A stretch of DNA of 63,925 nt, filler included, from Octopus bimaculoides (lineage: Eukaryota): NCBI RefSeq assembly GCF_001194135.2. It is 5 parts of 5 records of this genome, joined end to end, with 100 filler letters (N's around TTAATTAATTAA, not from the genome) between each part and the next. Parts side by side here need not be neighbours in the genome. Positions count along the whole stretch, not along the records: positions 1 to 13,672 come from NC_068981.1; positions 13,773 to 39,375 come from NC_069000.1; 3 more parts are not named here. One strand, written 5' to 3'. Below the pieces are notes generated by a model. The model did no database searches. It was not told the origin of the DNA and saw only the letters and a list, made by a program, of their open reading frames with translations. Position numbers and translations under genes: made by a program. How positions within the stretch are numbered: position 1 is the stretch's first letter; each line of letters opens with the position of its first letter. Of this stretch, positions 13,050 through 26,776 are shown piece by piece.

Positions 13050-13170
13050 TATCGTCACCATCATCATCATCACAATCATCCTCATCATCATCATCATCGT
13101 CGTCGTCGTCATCATCGTCATTTTGATCATCATCATCATGATCGCCATGGTCACCATTGTCATCATATTT
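13050..13170. repeat. Degenerate (CAT)n/(CGT)n trinucleotide array
   Basis: Direct reading; it produces the poly-His/poly-Met pseudo-ORFs. Confidence 0.95.
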
Positions 13171-13311
13171 CTGAAGGCAAACAAACATGTCAACGACCGT
13201 ATCAGGTCTAAATGCGAAAACTGCGTATTACTGTATCATTCTTATACATACACAGACGATCTCATGTTTTTTTCATTCGTTTGCTTGCGATGCCACCTCG
13301 TATTATACCCT

Positions 13312-13351
<40 letters not shown>

Positions 13352-13510
13352 TTCCTTTGTTTGTTTCTTTTATTTTTCAAATTTCCTTATAACATTCTGA
13401 GTTCTTCATTTGTGTACGTATGCATACAATTACATGTGAATTGTATGCATGTCTGCATGTAATTATATAGGCATGTATGGTTGTATGTATATACGCACTA
13501 TCTATTAATA

Positions 13511-13576
<66 letters not shown>

Positions 13577-13585
13577 CATCCATCC

Positions 13586-13645
<60 letters not shown>

Positions 13646-13672
13646 GTCTGTCTATCTATCTATCTATCCATT

Positions 13673-13772
13673 NNNNNNNNNNNNNNNNNNNNNNNNNNNN
13701 NNNNNNNNNNNNNNNNTTAATTAATTAANNNNNNNNNNNNNNNNNNNNNNNNNNNNNNNNNNNNNNNNNNNN
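13673..13772. other. Artificial 100-bp scaffold spacer (44N-TTAATTAATTAA-44N)
   Basis: Identical layout at 39376-39475, 60504-60603 and 62522-62621. Confidence 0.95.
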
Positions 13773-14187
13773 TGTATATTTTGTTTTGTTCTTCCGTTCT
13801 TCAAATATATTGCAGAAGAATTCCAAGAGTGGCATTCTGTCCTTAATATAGTTCGTCATTTCTTTTCGAGAATGCTCAAGAAAAAAAAATGATGTTTTCT
13901 TTTTCCTATTATTGATGGCGAACTTACAGTCAAATGATAAAATACTCGACCGCACGCACACACACACACACACACACACATACACACACACACACACATG
14001 CACACACACACATGCACATATACAACATACTCACAAATCAGTGTATTTAACTTTGGTATTTATACTCTCCATCGATAGAAAAAATAATGAACAATATTTT
14101 TACCGAACAATGTCTAAAAAGTCTGTGGTGACATACAAACATATACACACACATACACACACACACACACATACACGCACATATGAA

Positions 14188-14281
14188 GGTTTTGAATTTG
14201 AACTCAGAACTTAACGGTAGACGAAATACTGCAAAGTATTTCGCCCGGCATGCTAACGTTTGCGCCAGCTCGCCGCCTCCC
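14188..14281 (-). mobile_element. tRNA-derived SINE family 1, 5' head only
   Basis: atttgaactcagaac...tttcgcccggcatgctaacg...ccagctcgccgcct. Confidence 0.8.
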
Positions 14282-14728
14282 AATTAGACAATATTAAACA
14301 ACATTTAATTATAACGTTTCATTCTACATAGCTCTTACTTTCCTGTTTTCCCTTTTCATGATTTCTCTCTCATTTCGTTCCACCATCTTATCGTGGCAAA
14401 CATAATATTCAAATGCTCAACTATACAAATATCACCTCCCTTACTCTACCTCTTCTTTCAATGATTAATTAACGCCCACATCAACTATGTTCTTTTAAAA
14501 GCGCCTTTGATTTTTCGTAAGCCATCGGATAATTCATTATATAATTCATTTAATTTACATCCAATTAAATTGAACTAACGAGTTCTATTATAATCCCTGC
14601 ATTTAAAATAACACGGTTTTATCTCCGTTGTAATGTCTTACCATTAATTCTTTTCTATGCTGCTTTTACTTTTGATAAATTTTATTTATATATTTTCATA
14701 TTTTAACCTTTTATTTGTTTCTCATTAG

Positions 14729-14813
14729 ATTTTAACGTTTCAGTCGGGCAAATCAACTCCAGTTTGAAGGCAATATTTTTGCATTTCAACGCTGCTAAGG
14801 GAAGTAACTCTGA
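14729..14813 (+). CDS. Candidate coding exon (85 nt, phase 1-2), possible first beta-strand of a TNF-homology domain
   Basis: Acceptor ttttatttgtttctcattag|AT and donor CTGA|gtgagt. Peptide (D)FNVSVGQINSSLKAIFLHFNAAKGSNS is in frame with the upstream exons; AIFLHF resembles the AxLH strand A of TNFSF ligands. Confidence 0.6.
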
Positions 14814-15039
14814 GTGAGTCATTGGGATAGCGTTGACGTTTCACCGTTACCATGAAGACCATTGTTATGTCTTCTTTAAGTATAAGTTTGAAAGCCGAGT
14901 AAACGGGGAAGAATTACAACTAGATGAAATATCCAAGAGGCTTCGAGCAACGGAACAGCTTGCTCGTGAAATTAACATGCAAGTGGCTGAGCACTCCACA
15001 GACAGACACGTCTACCCTTAATGTAGTTCTCGGGGATAT

Positions 15040-15232
15040 TCAGCGTGACACAGAGCGTGACAGGGTTGGCCCTTTGAAATACAGGTACTACTCATTTTGG
15101 CCAGCTGAGTGGACTGGGGCAACGTGAAATAAGGTGTTTTGCTCAAGGACACAACGCGTCGCCGGAGAATTGAACTCATGATCTTACGATCGTGAGCCGA
15201 ATGCCCTAACCACTGAGCTACGCGCCTTCACT
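15040..15232 (-). mobile_element. tRNA-derived SINE, family 3
   Basis: Minus strand gtgaaggcgcgtagctcagtggttagggcattcggctcacgatcgtaagatcatgagttcaattctcc (A and B boxes), then gtccttgagcaaaacaccttatttcacgttgccccagtccactcagctg. Confidence 0.85.
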
Positions 15233-15396
15233 GTTTGTATCTATGTATGTATCTGTGTATGGTCTCTATATTTGTCCATCACCACCACTTGACAACTAGC
15301 GTGGTTTGTTTAGGCTCCCTTAACCTAGCAGTTCGGCAGGAGGGGGGCCACAAAATAACTACCAGAATTATACAGACATAGTTATGCATATGCCTG

Positions 15397-15460
<64 letters not shown>

Positions 15461-15461
15461 A

Positions 15462-15507
<46 letters not shown>

Positions 15508-15510
15508 GTA

Positions 15511-15553
<43 letters not shown>

Positions 15554-15565
15554 TTATCTATCTAT

Positions 15566-15597
<32 letters not shown>

Positions 15598-16162
15598 GCA
15601 TATACCTATGTCTACATCCGTTTCCCTTTTCTTTTTCTCTTCGTGTATATTCATACATATATACATATGCATGTGTATGTGTGTGTCTGTGCATCTACAT
15701 ACACACATAACATCTACGTACAAATCACACGCACACAAAACATACAAACGCATACACACTCACACACACGTATACGTATTTATTTAAATTCGCTGGTTTT
15801 AAATTGAAAACAATTTATCGATGTGCACTTTTCTCAATATTTCCTTAAATATTCAACCAGTCTAGTACAATAATGGAGTCTTCTTTTCAGAAAACACTGA
15901 TGCATTATAAACGGTGTATAGTTTGATAATGTGCTTTACTCCAGATGGTTCTCGGTTCTCTGAACGGATATAAAAGGGTAGATTAAGATTTAGGAAAATC
16001 GTTAAAAAGGATTAAGTCACTGGCTAACATCGTATATAAAGTGTTTGTGAATCAAATGGCCATAAAACCATTGTCATGCATATATGCATCATACACAGGT
16101 ATGTGTGCATATCTAGCATATATATGTATATATATAAGTATATATATATATGTATATATATG

Positions 16163-16224
<62 letters not shown>

Positions 16225-16635
16225 TACATATAAATATATTTGTGTCTATGGGTGTGTGTATGTATGTGTATATATATATATGTGTATATCTAAGGGAAGG
16301 AAAGTAACGAACAGTTAGAATAGAATGCATACACACAGAAATAGATATGCATATACGCGCACCACACACACACATGCACACACATATCTATACATATATA
16401 GTCATACATGCACATATACCTGTATATATGTATACACCTATCTTTATGTGTGTGTGTATGTGTGTGTGTATTCTACTCATTTTCCTTCGCTTAATTTTAT
16501 TTCACACCATTGTGAAAGCATCAACCCATTCAATCATTTAGCTATGCACATACATACAATCACACACACACACACACACACATACACACAAACACATACA
16601 TACATACATACATACATACATACCTACTTACATAC

Positions 16636-16758
16636 AGGTTCTATTTGTTCCACGTACTTCTCGAGATTTTTGCTCACTGTTCCCAGGGCTCCGACAATTA
16701 TTGGTACTACTGCTACCTTTTTCATCGACCACAACTGCTTAACTTCCCAAGCTAACCT
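16636..16758 (-). mobile_element. R4/Dong-like LINE, 3' end of the restriction-like endonuclease ORF
   Basis: RLAWEVKQLWSMKKVAVVPIIVGALGTVSKNLEKYVEQI; abuts (TAA)n. Confidence 0.8.
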
Positions 16759-16762
16759 ATTA

Positions 16763-16818
<56 letters not shown>

Positions 16819-18149
16819 GTTGTTGTTGTTGTTGTTGTTGTNNNNNNNNNNNNNNNNNNNNNNNNNNNNNNNNNNNNNNNNNNNNNNNNNNNNNNNNNNN
16901 NNNNNNNNNNNNNNNNNNNNNNNNNNNNNNNNNNNNNNNNNNNNNNNNNNNNNNNNNNNNNNNNNNNNNNNNNNNNNNNNNNNNNNNNNNNNNNNNNNNN
17001 NNNNNNNNNNNNNNNNNNNNNNNNNNNNNNNNNNNNNNNNNNNNNNNNNNNNNNNNNNNNNNNNNNNNNNNNNNNNNNNNNNNNNNNNNNNNNNNNNNNN
17101 NNNNNNNNNNNNNNNNNNNNNNNNNNNNNNNNNNNNNNNNNNNNNNNNNNNNNNNNNNNNNNNNNNNNNNNNNNNNNNNNNNNNNNNNNNNNNNNNNNNN
17201 NNNNNNNNNNNNNNNNNNNNNNNNNNNNNNNNNNNNNNNNNNNNNNNNNNNNNNNNNNNNNNNNNNNNNNNNNNNNNNNNNNNNNNNNNNNNNNNNNNNN
17301 NNNNNNCCACCACCACCACCACCACCACCACCACCACTGTCAGTACAGCATCGACGGTTTTCTTGCAAGGACGCCTCCCTCCTGCATTGGATATTTATAT
17401 CTGTACAGCTTCACACTTTATTGTTCTGTTATTTCTATATTAAGACATCTTATACATTATAGAGAAATCTTCAAATATTTTGCTACCAGAATTATTGATG
17501 CAAATTTCCACACACGCACACACATGCACACACATGCACACACACGTACACACACGCACACACACGTACACACACGCACACACATACACACACACACATC
17601 AGTGCATTTAATTTTACGAGCAGAAGATAACATTCAATAGATATGTGTATATATGTGTGTGTGGGTGTACACATGCATAAGACTGTATATGATTATAAAG
17701 TCGCACATATATATGGAATAGATGCATACATATACATAAGAGAAAACGTGCGTACATTTATACATTGATGCCGTCGAAAGGCAGGCCCCGAAACGGCGCG
17801 CATTCTCTCCTGAAGACCCCATACACTTGCTGGCTTCCGGTATGAGAAGCTTTCGACCAGTAGCACTTGCATGTGGAAGTCTTTTGCAAGATACCTCTTG
17901 TATGTCTCTCTCACTATCTGCGTCTCCCACCCCTCTTTATATATATATATCAATCTATGTATATAGATATAGCGAGATACACACACACATAGAGAGAGAG
18001 AGAGGGAGAGAGAGACTCGCATATATATATATATATACACACACATTCATAAATACATTCATACATATCTGTATGCCCAAGCACAAATAGTCAGACATTT
18101 ATTTTTCTACACGTCTATCGAATTTTTTCTTCCGTTTCTCTATCCATCC

Positions 18150-18227
<78 letters not shown>

Positions 18228-18314
18228 TTTGACAGATGCACACTCACACACACTTACACACACACATATATCTATATGTATGTATATTAGTATGTATGAA
18301 TATGTATTTGCATA

Positions 18315-18373
<59 letters not shown>

Positions 18374-19021
18374 CACACACGTATATATATACACATATAT
18401 ATGTATATGCACATATTATCAACACAAACGCTTTCGCGCAAGCATATAAACAATTTTAAGCCGGTTTCAATACAATTAAGTTATATGAAATGATAAATTT
18501 GAAATTCAGTGTAGTATTAAATATCAAATATTAATAAACATGAACAGCACCCCCTCCAGACGCGTACACACGCCTACACACACACAGATACAGACACACA
18601 CACACACACACACACATATACTAATATGAATTATATTATTTTTATTTTCTCTCCATTTTCGGGTGATATTCTCATTTTTACATGTTTTGCTAATCCGGGC
18701 GAATGTCATAAACTTTGGACCATTTACAATTCTTCCCTCAGTTTATGTCTCGTGCTCCCCTCTGCCACTTCTCTCTCTCTCACTGACTCTCTGTCTCTGT
18801 CTATCTGTCTGTATGTCTCTCCCTCTCTCCGTCTCGGACCGAAAGCGGTGTTTCATGATCATATATGTTAATATATTTCGGTTGGAAGACATATTTGTGT
18901 ATATGTTCCTGCACAAACACACACGAACGCGCGCACACACTTGCACACTCAGACATATAGGCACAGACACACACACACTTGTACAGATGCATATATATAT
19001 ATATATGTACTTGTGTACATG

Positions 19022-19079
<58 letters not shown>

Positions 19080-19774
19080 CTATACACAAGAAAACACATA
19101 CACATCTAAACATACAAGAGTATGCTAACTTCTTTAACGACATAGATTGCTATACACATTCATATAGAAACAACAAACATCTCTAAGATTCGTAATCTCC
19201 ATGTTTACTCTCTTAACCATATAAATAGCTTTCCTAATTATTTTCCGAGTATGTGATACATACATACATACATACATACATACACACACACACATATATA
19301 TNNNNNNNNNNNNNNNNNNNNNNNNNNNNNNNNNNNNNNNNNNNNNNNNNNNNNNNNNNNNNNNNNNNNNNNNNNNNNNNNNNNNNNNNNNNNNNNNNNN
19401 NNNNNNNNNNNNNNNNNNNNNNNNNNNNNNNNNNNNNTATATATATATATATATATATTTGTATATATTCAGGTGAATTTAATTATCTTTCTTTTTCATT
19501 CATTTTAAACAAATTTCTTTAATTACTTTAATATTCAAAATTCTTCCACACTATTCATTCTTCCAGGCAAATAAAGTGATAAATTACAGACTAATACCTT
19601 TAAATATTTCGTTTTATTTGTACCCTTTTTGTATGCCCGCTCGATATTACTTGTAAACTTTCAGGTTTGTCATTCCTTATTATTATTTTTGTAATTTATG
19701 CGTTGTTTTGTTTTGTTAGTTGTTATTTCATTACAAAACATTATTATTATTATGATTATTATTATTATTATTAC

Positions 19775-19836
<62 letters not shown>

Positions 19837-20412
19837 TCTACTGTGACTTTGTTTTCGTTGTCTTTTATCGTTTTGAAGTGCTGCTTCTGTGTGTGTGTGT
19901 GTTTTTTGTTTCTTGGTTTTATTTTGTTTAGTTTTTGTTATCAAATTTTTTTTTCTTCTCTTCCTTTTTGAAAACATCGTCTTTGATTTTTCAAACAAGC
20001 AATTTAAAATTTTGAGCAAAATTTAATTTGAAATATTTCTCTGGGCATTCAATTTCTGATCAAAATATTGCACAACTGATGAAGGCAAATAAATGTAACA
20101 ATACAAACGGAGATGCCAGAACATAGGATCAATATGTCTTCGCTTCTATACTGGATTATTTCTCTCTTTCTCTCTTTTGATTTCACTTCTCTTTCTCTAT
20201 TAGAAACCCCCCTCCTCCTTCTCATCGTCACTCTTTGTCACTCTCCCTTTCTCTCTCGATCTCAGCTCTCCTCACACACTTACTCATTCACTCATTCACT
20301 CATTCGTTCTTCCATTCATTCAGTCAGTCAGACAGTCGTACCATCTCTCTCTTCCGTCTCTGAAAATCATTCATTTTCATCTCTTTCATCTCTAGACATG
20401 CATATATATATT

Positions 20413-20450
<38 letters not shown>

Positions 20451-21024
20451 NNNNNNNNNNNNNNNNNNNNNNNNNNNNNNNNNNNNNNNNNNNNNNNNNN
20501 NNNNNNNNNNNNNNNNNNNNNNNNNNNNNNNNNNNNNNNNNNNNNNNNNNNNNNNNNNNNNNNNNNNNNNNNNNNNNNNNNNNNNNNNNNNNNNNNNNNN
20601 NNNNNNNNNNNNNNNNNNNNNNNNNNNNNNNNNNNNNNNNNNNNNNNNNNNNNNNNNNNNNNNNNNNNNNNNNNNNNNNNNNNNNNNNNNNNNNNNNNNN
20701 NNNNNNNNNNNNNNNNNNNNNNNNNNNNNNNNNNNNNNNNNNNNNNNNNNNNNNNNNNNNNNNNNNNNNNNNNNNNNNNNNNNNNNNNNNNNNNNNNNNN
20801 NNNNNNNNNNNNNNNNNNNNNNNNNNNNNNNNNNNNNNNNNNNNNNNNNNNNNNNNNNNNNNNNNNNNNNNNNNNNNNNNNNNNNNNNNNNNNNNNNNNN
20901 NNNNNNNNNNNNNNNNNNNNNNNNNNNNNNNNNNNNNNNNNNNNNNNNNNNNNNNNNNNNNNNNNNNNNNNNNNNNNNNNNNNNNNNNNNNNNNNNNNNN
21001 NNNNNNNNNNNNNNNNNNNNNNNN

Positions 21025-21119
<95 letters not shown>

Positions 21120-21120
21120 T

Positions 21121-21155
<35 letters not shown>

Positions 21156-21499
21156 TACCCACGCTCCCTGACTCTTCTGGTTTGTCTTTCATATTTATCT
21201 CCCTTTTCCAGTATCCTCTTTGTATTACTATCTTTGCTCACCACCCAGCCTTCAACTTATTCCTTATTTCACACCTTCTCCGTCAATTCGTCTCAGCAAA
21301 TCATATCCCTCTCTCATACATCCCACCTCTTTCTTTCCCCCTCTCTTACCCCCTCCCTCTCTCTCGCTCTCTCTCTCTGCATGTACCTCTTACTTCTCCT
21401 ATTAACTCACTCCTTTAAATTCCTTGATCTTTCTACCTTTCCTCTCTCATCACTCACTCACTCAATCAATTCACTTCGTCAATTCATAGCTTTTCATTT

Positions 21500-21670
21500 C
21501 ATGGTAGTAAATCTCTCATTTCTTCTCTCCATCTTTCTGTTTTCCTTTCTGTGGAAGAGCGTAGGCTCGAAACGTTAAAGAGCTTTTCACTTCCCGAGCG
21601 TTAAACAAATACATCTGTTTGTTGTCTACACCACCTATCTTCGTCTTTTGATTTTTCTTGTGAATTCTCT
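21500..21670 (+). mobile_element. ~180-bp repeat, family 5, best-preserved HHR-like core at 21545-21580
   Basis: CTTT CTGTGGA A GAG cgtagg CTC GAA ACGT T AAAG; ends gtgaattctc like the 43119 copy. Confidence 0.8.
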
Positions 21671-21941
21671 CTCTCTCTCTCTCTCTCTNNNNNNNNNNNN
21701 NNNNNNNNNNNNNNNNNNNNNNNNNNNNNNNNNNNNNNNNNNNNNNNNNNNNNNNNNNNNNNNNNNNNNNNNNNNNNNNNNNNNNNNNNNNNNNNNNNNN
21801 NNNNNNNNNNNNNNNNNNNNNNNNNNNNNNNNNNNNNNNNNNNNNNNNNNNNNNNNNNNNNNNNNNNNNNNNNNNNNNNNNNNNNNNNNNNNNNNNNNNN
21901 NNNNNNNNNNNNNNNNNNNNNNNNNNNNNNNNNNNNNNNNN

Positions 21942-22330
21942 TCTGAGTTCAAATGACGCCGACGTCGACTTTACCTTTCGTCCTTTCGTGATCGATAAAT
22001 TAAGTACCAGTTGACTACTGGTTTTGATCTACTTGACTACCACCCTCCCCCAATTTTCACACCTTGTGCTTATTATAGATAGGATTACTATTATTATTAT
22101 TATTATTACTACTAAGGTGGCCAGCTGACGGAATCGTTAGCACGCATGCTCGCGGAAATGCTTAGCGGTATTTCGCTCGTCGCTACGTTCTGAGTTCGAA
22201 TTCCACCGATGTCGACTTTGCCTTTCATCCTTTCAGGGTCGATAAATTAAGTGCCAGTGAAACCCTGCTGTCTATGTAACCCACTGGTGCCCTCCCACCA
22301 AAATTTCGGGCCTCGTGCCTTTTAGTAGAA
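21942..22330 (+). mobile_element. Two tandem family-1 SINEs separated by (ATT)n
   Basis: Copies at about 21942-22085 and 22113-22330 share gtcgactttgcctttcatcctttc...gtcgataaattaagt. Confidence 0.85.
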
Positions 22331-22764
22331 ACACTTATTTGGCACCAATATCAACCCTTTCTTCATGCCCTGTACTCCTTTCTAAACCCTCCTCTTCCCA
22401 CCACTCATTAATACTTTTATTAATTTACACCCGCCTCTTTCGCTCTGCTAATTCCAACACTCTCTTTCTCCGTGTTACAGTTTTTCCTTCCCTTTGCTTC
22501 TCTCTTTCTAAACACCGCGGTTTTGTCTTGTCTTTTGTTTTTTTTTGGTGTCAGTACCCCACCCGCCACCACTATTGTTATTACACCTCATTCACCTTTA
22601 TCTTCATGCTTCCAAAACAAAACACATTTAATTCTTCATGCCTCCGAGTGTGTGTTTCCTGTTGCCAATCCCTCCACAACCACCTTTCTTTAGCTCAACA
22701 ATAATCAACTCAATAAATTACGTTTATCTAATCATATCTCTGAATAACAATATTAACTACATGT

Positions 22765-22814
22765 TGTTGTTGCTGTTGTCATCGTCGTCGTCATCGTCGT
22801 CGTCGTCGTCGTCG

Positions 22815-22849
<35 letters not shown>

Positions 22850-22895
22850 CTTCTTCTTCTTCTTCTTCTTCTTCTTCTTCTTCTTCTTCTTCTTC
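22765..22895. repeat. Compound trinucleotide microsatellite (GTT)/(GTC)/(GTT)/(TTC)
   Basis: Direct reading. Confidence 0.95.
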
Positions 22896-24342
22896 TCCCT
22901 ATTATTAATGCGCACTTTTATTCAACCACCCACACTCTTCCCCACACGCCAGATTAAATGTAATTCTGTCATATATACACATACATATGCAAAAACATAC
23001 ACACACACACACACACACATACACACACACACACACATACATACAAACATACATACGTATATATATTTAACATACACACACATATTCGCCTGAGGACCTT
23101 GTGATACATACGAACATTCACACACGTGCATATAGACACATATATAATTTAATATTATCTGGGTAATAACCTTATAGCGTGTTTTACAAAGCTCCTGTTC
23201 AAATATCGGCTACCAGTTGCTATGAAACAATAGGACTTGTTTTATCTGTCCTGCGAGTAACCGTCCGTTGATTCAGGCAGTCTATATATATATATATATA
23301 TATATATATNNNNNNNNNNNNNNNNNNNNNNNNNNNNNNNNNNNNNNNNNNNNNNNNNNNNNNNNNNNNNNNNNNNNNNNNNNNNNNNNNNNNNNNNNNN
23401 NNNNNNNNNNNNNNNNNNNNNNNNNNNNNNNNNNNNNNNNNNNNNNNNNNNNNNNNNNNNNNNNNNNNNNNNNNNNNNNNNNNNNNNNNNNNNNNNNNNN
23501 NNNNNNNNNNNNNNNNNNNNNNNNNNNNNNNNNNNNNNNNNNNNNNNNNNNNNNNNNNNNNNNNNNNNNNNNNNNNNNNNNNNNNNNNNNNNNNNNNNNN
23601 NNNNNNNNNNNNNNNNNNNNNNNNNNNNNNNNNNNNNNNNNNNNNNNNNNNNNNNNNNNNNNNNNNNNNNNNNNNNNNNNNNNNNNNNNNNNNNNNNNNN
23701 NNNNNNNNNNNNNNNNNNNNNNNNNNNNNNNNNNNNNAGACCCAGGAAAAAGTTCCACACTTGCTTTCTTTATATTTTCTCTCTAACTTCATTTTAAATA
23801 ATATCCACGTAAGCACAAACGCACGCACGCACGCGCGCGCACACACACACACACACACTTACGCACATTCACCCTCACACACACACACCACACACAGAGT
23901 AGCATACACACAACCCCCCACACACATATGAACACACAAACCTCCACATGCACGCACCACACACACACACACACACATCTACATACGAACGCATTCAGAT
24001 TAACATATTCACACCCAAACACATACATACATACATACATACATACATACGTACATACACACACAAACACTAAACATTTTAATGAATATACGTGAAACCA
24101 CAAAGAAAAATAAAACATTTGTGCTTCTTTTACACGTAAATAAACTGGATTGATAAAGTTAAATAATGAACGAAAATATAAAATAGCATCGCTATATTTC
24201 TCAATAAATTTTTGGAAAAAAAAAATGCAAAATTAACAATAAAAAAATAAAAAATGAAAAAAATAAAAATTGTCTTCGGTTTAGTGTCTTCGTAATTACC
24301 TCGGAGCGTCATATAATAAAGCAGACATGATATAAATTGAGA

Positions 24343-24837
24343 CATTTCTGCTATAGAATTGTATAATATGTGGAATTATTGAAAACAATAAACTTACATT
24401 TGTAATGGACGAATGCTTTCAAAGGTCTTATTGTGAAGAAGGTGTCATGAATTAATTTTTTTAGCGTTATTTATTGATTTTTGGTTAGAACAGTGTTGAA
24501 AGCATGTATGGTTGCGTAGTTAATAATTCAGTTTTGTTACTATATGGTTCCAAGTTCGATCCCTCTACGTGGTACTTTGACGAATGCCATGTAACAGTGG
24601 AACTTTGTAAACGGTAGTTTACGCCGAGGCCCATGATACAAGGTGACCCAGAATTATTAACTACGCAACCATACATGCTTTCAACACTGTTCTAACCAAA
24701 AATCAATAAATAACGCTAAAAAAATTAATTCATGACACCTTCTTCACAATAAGACCTTTGAAAGCATTCGTCCATTACAAATGTAAGTTTATTGTTTTCA
24801 ATAATTCCACATATTATACAATTCTATAGCAGAAATG
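24343..24837. repeat. Perfect 187-bp inverted repeat (24343-24529 / 24651-24837) with 121-bp spacer
   Basis: Base-by-base comparison of the arms found no mismatch; a family-2 SINE head starts in the left arm and runs into the spacer. Confidence 0.95.
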
Positions 24838-24873
24838 ATGGGAGATAATAACAGACACAAAGACACATGCATG

Positions 24874-24934
<61 letters not shown>

Positions 24935-24987
24935 TTGTGTATGTGAACAGGATAAGTTATCCATATTTTGCAGAAAAATATGTCGGC

Positions 24988-25053
24988 GGCCACCTATGAG
25001 ACTCGAACTCACATCGCTGTGATTACGCGTCAATTGCTTTAGCATTATCCTGC
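24988..25053 (-). pseudogene. tRNA-like relic (Thr-CGT-like) or isolated SINE head
   Basis: Minus strand ...aaagcaattgacgcgtaatcacagcgatgtgagttcgagtctcataggtggcc has a B-box/T-arm and an anticodon-arm-like segment; D-arm and acceptor stem are degraded. Confidence 0.45.
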
Positions 25054-25465
25054 GTTTGAGAATAAAATTTACTTCCTTATCTGTATCAATGCGTCTCANN
25101 NNNNNNNNNNNNNNNNNNNNNNNNNNNNNNNNNNNNNNNNNNNNNNNNNNNNNNNNNNNNNNNNNNNNNNNNNNNNNNNNNNNNNNNNNNNNNNNNNNNN
25201 NNNNNNNNNNNNNNNNNNNNNNNNNNNNNNNNNNNNNNNNNNNNNNNNNNNNNNNNNNNNNNNNNNNNNNNNNNNNNNNNNNNNNNNNNNNNNNNNNNNN
25301 NNNNNNNNNNNNNNNNNNNNNNNNNNNNNNNNNNNNNNNNNNNNNNNNNNNNNNNNNNNNNNNNNNNNNNNNNNNNNNNNNNNNNNNNNNNNNNNNNNNN
25401 NNNNNNNNNNNNNNNNNNNNNNNNNNNNNNNNNNNNNNNNNNNNNNNNNNNNNNNNNNNNNNNNN

Positions 25466-25508
<43 letters not shown>

Positions 25509-26556
25509 ATATATGAATGTATGCATTTGCGTATATTTTCCTGTATTTCCTCTCACATGTATGTCTATTTAATTCCATCATTTATAAATGTTAAAGTTAT
25601 GTTAATTGACCGTCACATGTTTTACTATTTAATGCTTTTCTGCTGCCATTCTGAAGCGATTCTATCATACAATATGTTGTAAATATATCGTAACTCAACT
25701 CATTACAATTCCAAAATTTCTTTAACAATCATTAACTGGCATTTAATATTCCTAATTCTAAGTTGCCTTTCTATAAACATTTTTCACTGTTGCAGACTCT
25801 ATAACCAAATCAAAACACGGTAACTATATTTTCTTCATAATATTTAAAGCCAACCACAGCATTCTTACAAAAATTAAACTTCGTTTAATAACTATAATTA
25901 CCTACAGTAATTTTTCACAATGATTACAGTTATTTACGATAACATTCTGTCCGTAAATCTTCATTGACATCTTGCATTAGCAATTTTAATAACATTCCTG
26001 CAAATGTTACGTCTCCCTTATTTAGTATATTGTATTATTTTGCATGTCAAATAAAATTATTTTTAATAATCTGATTTATGCCTTCAATATTATAGCTCAA
26101 TTACTTTCTGCAAGTTGTCTCCCTTGCATTTCTGTCGAAAACTGAATCTTTAAATTATCGGCTGCATTTCAGATGGCAGAGTTTTTTTAGAATTTAACCT
26201 CGTTCTTGAATTTTAAACCTATAGCTAATCATTTTACTGTTACGGTTTTTATAAATATACAACTAAGTGATCGTACTTTAAGATTTTACTCTACGACTAT
26301 CCAAAATTCCTTTTATCTTATTCTTTCACTCTATCGTTCTCGTAAATTTTTTGTTAATTTCCCGCTTTCCTTCTTTTTTTTATTATCGTAAATTGACAAT
26401 TTACCAATAAGTTTCCTTTTCATCAAAAGATCTGAAGAATAACATAAAAAAAAGAAGAAAAATTGATGACACAAATTTCTATGCTTATGAATATACTGAA
26501 TGTATGTATGTATGTATGTATGTATGTAAGTGTGTATGAATAAATGTATGCATGTA

Positions 26557-26617
<61 letters not shown>

Positions 26618-26724
26618 CATCAATATACATACAAACTTACACATGTATGTGTATATAAATAAATATGGTTATATATATATATACATATATATATACTTAT
26701 TGATATGTATAAAAAATATATATG

Positions 26725-26776
<52 letters not shown>

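Noticed and set aside
17741-17839. CpG-rich island with open frame (KTCVHLYIDAVERQAPKRRAFSPEDPIHLLAS) and a gtatga donor
   Set aside because: There is no polypyrimidine acceptor, the phase is incompatible with the upstream exon, and no recognisable domain is present.
20071-20135. CTGATGA-A-GGCA...TGCC-AGAACAT hammerhead-like string
   Set aside because: Core start and a 4-bp stem II are present, but GAAA is broken and proximal stem I does not pair; at best a dead relic.
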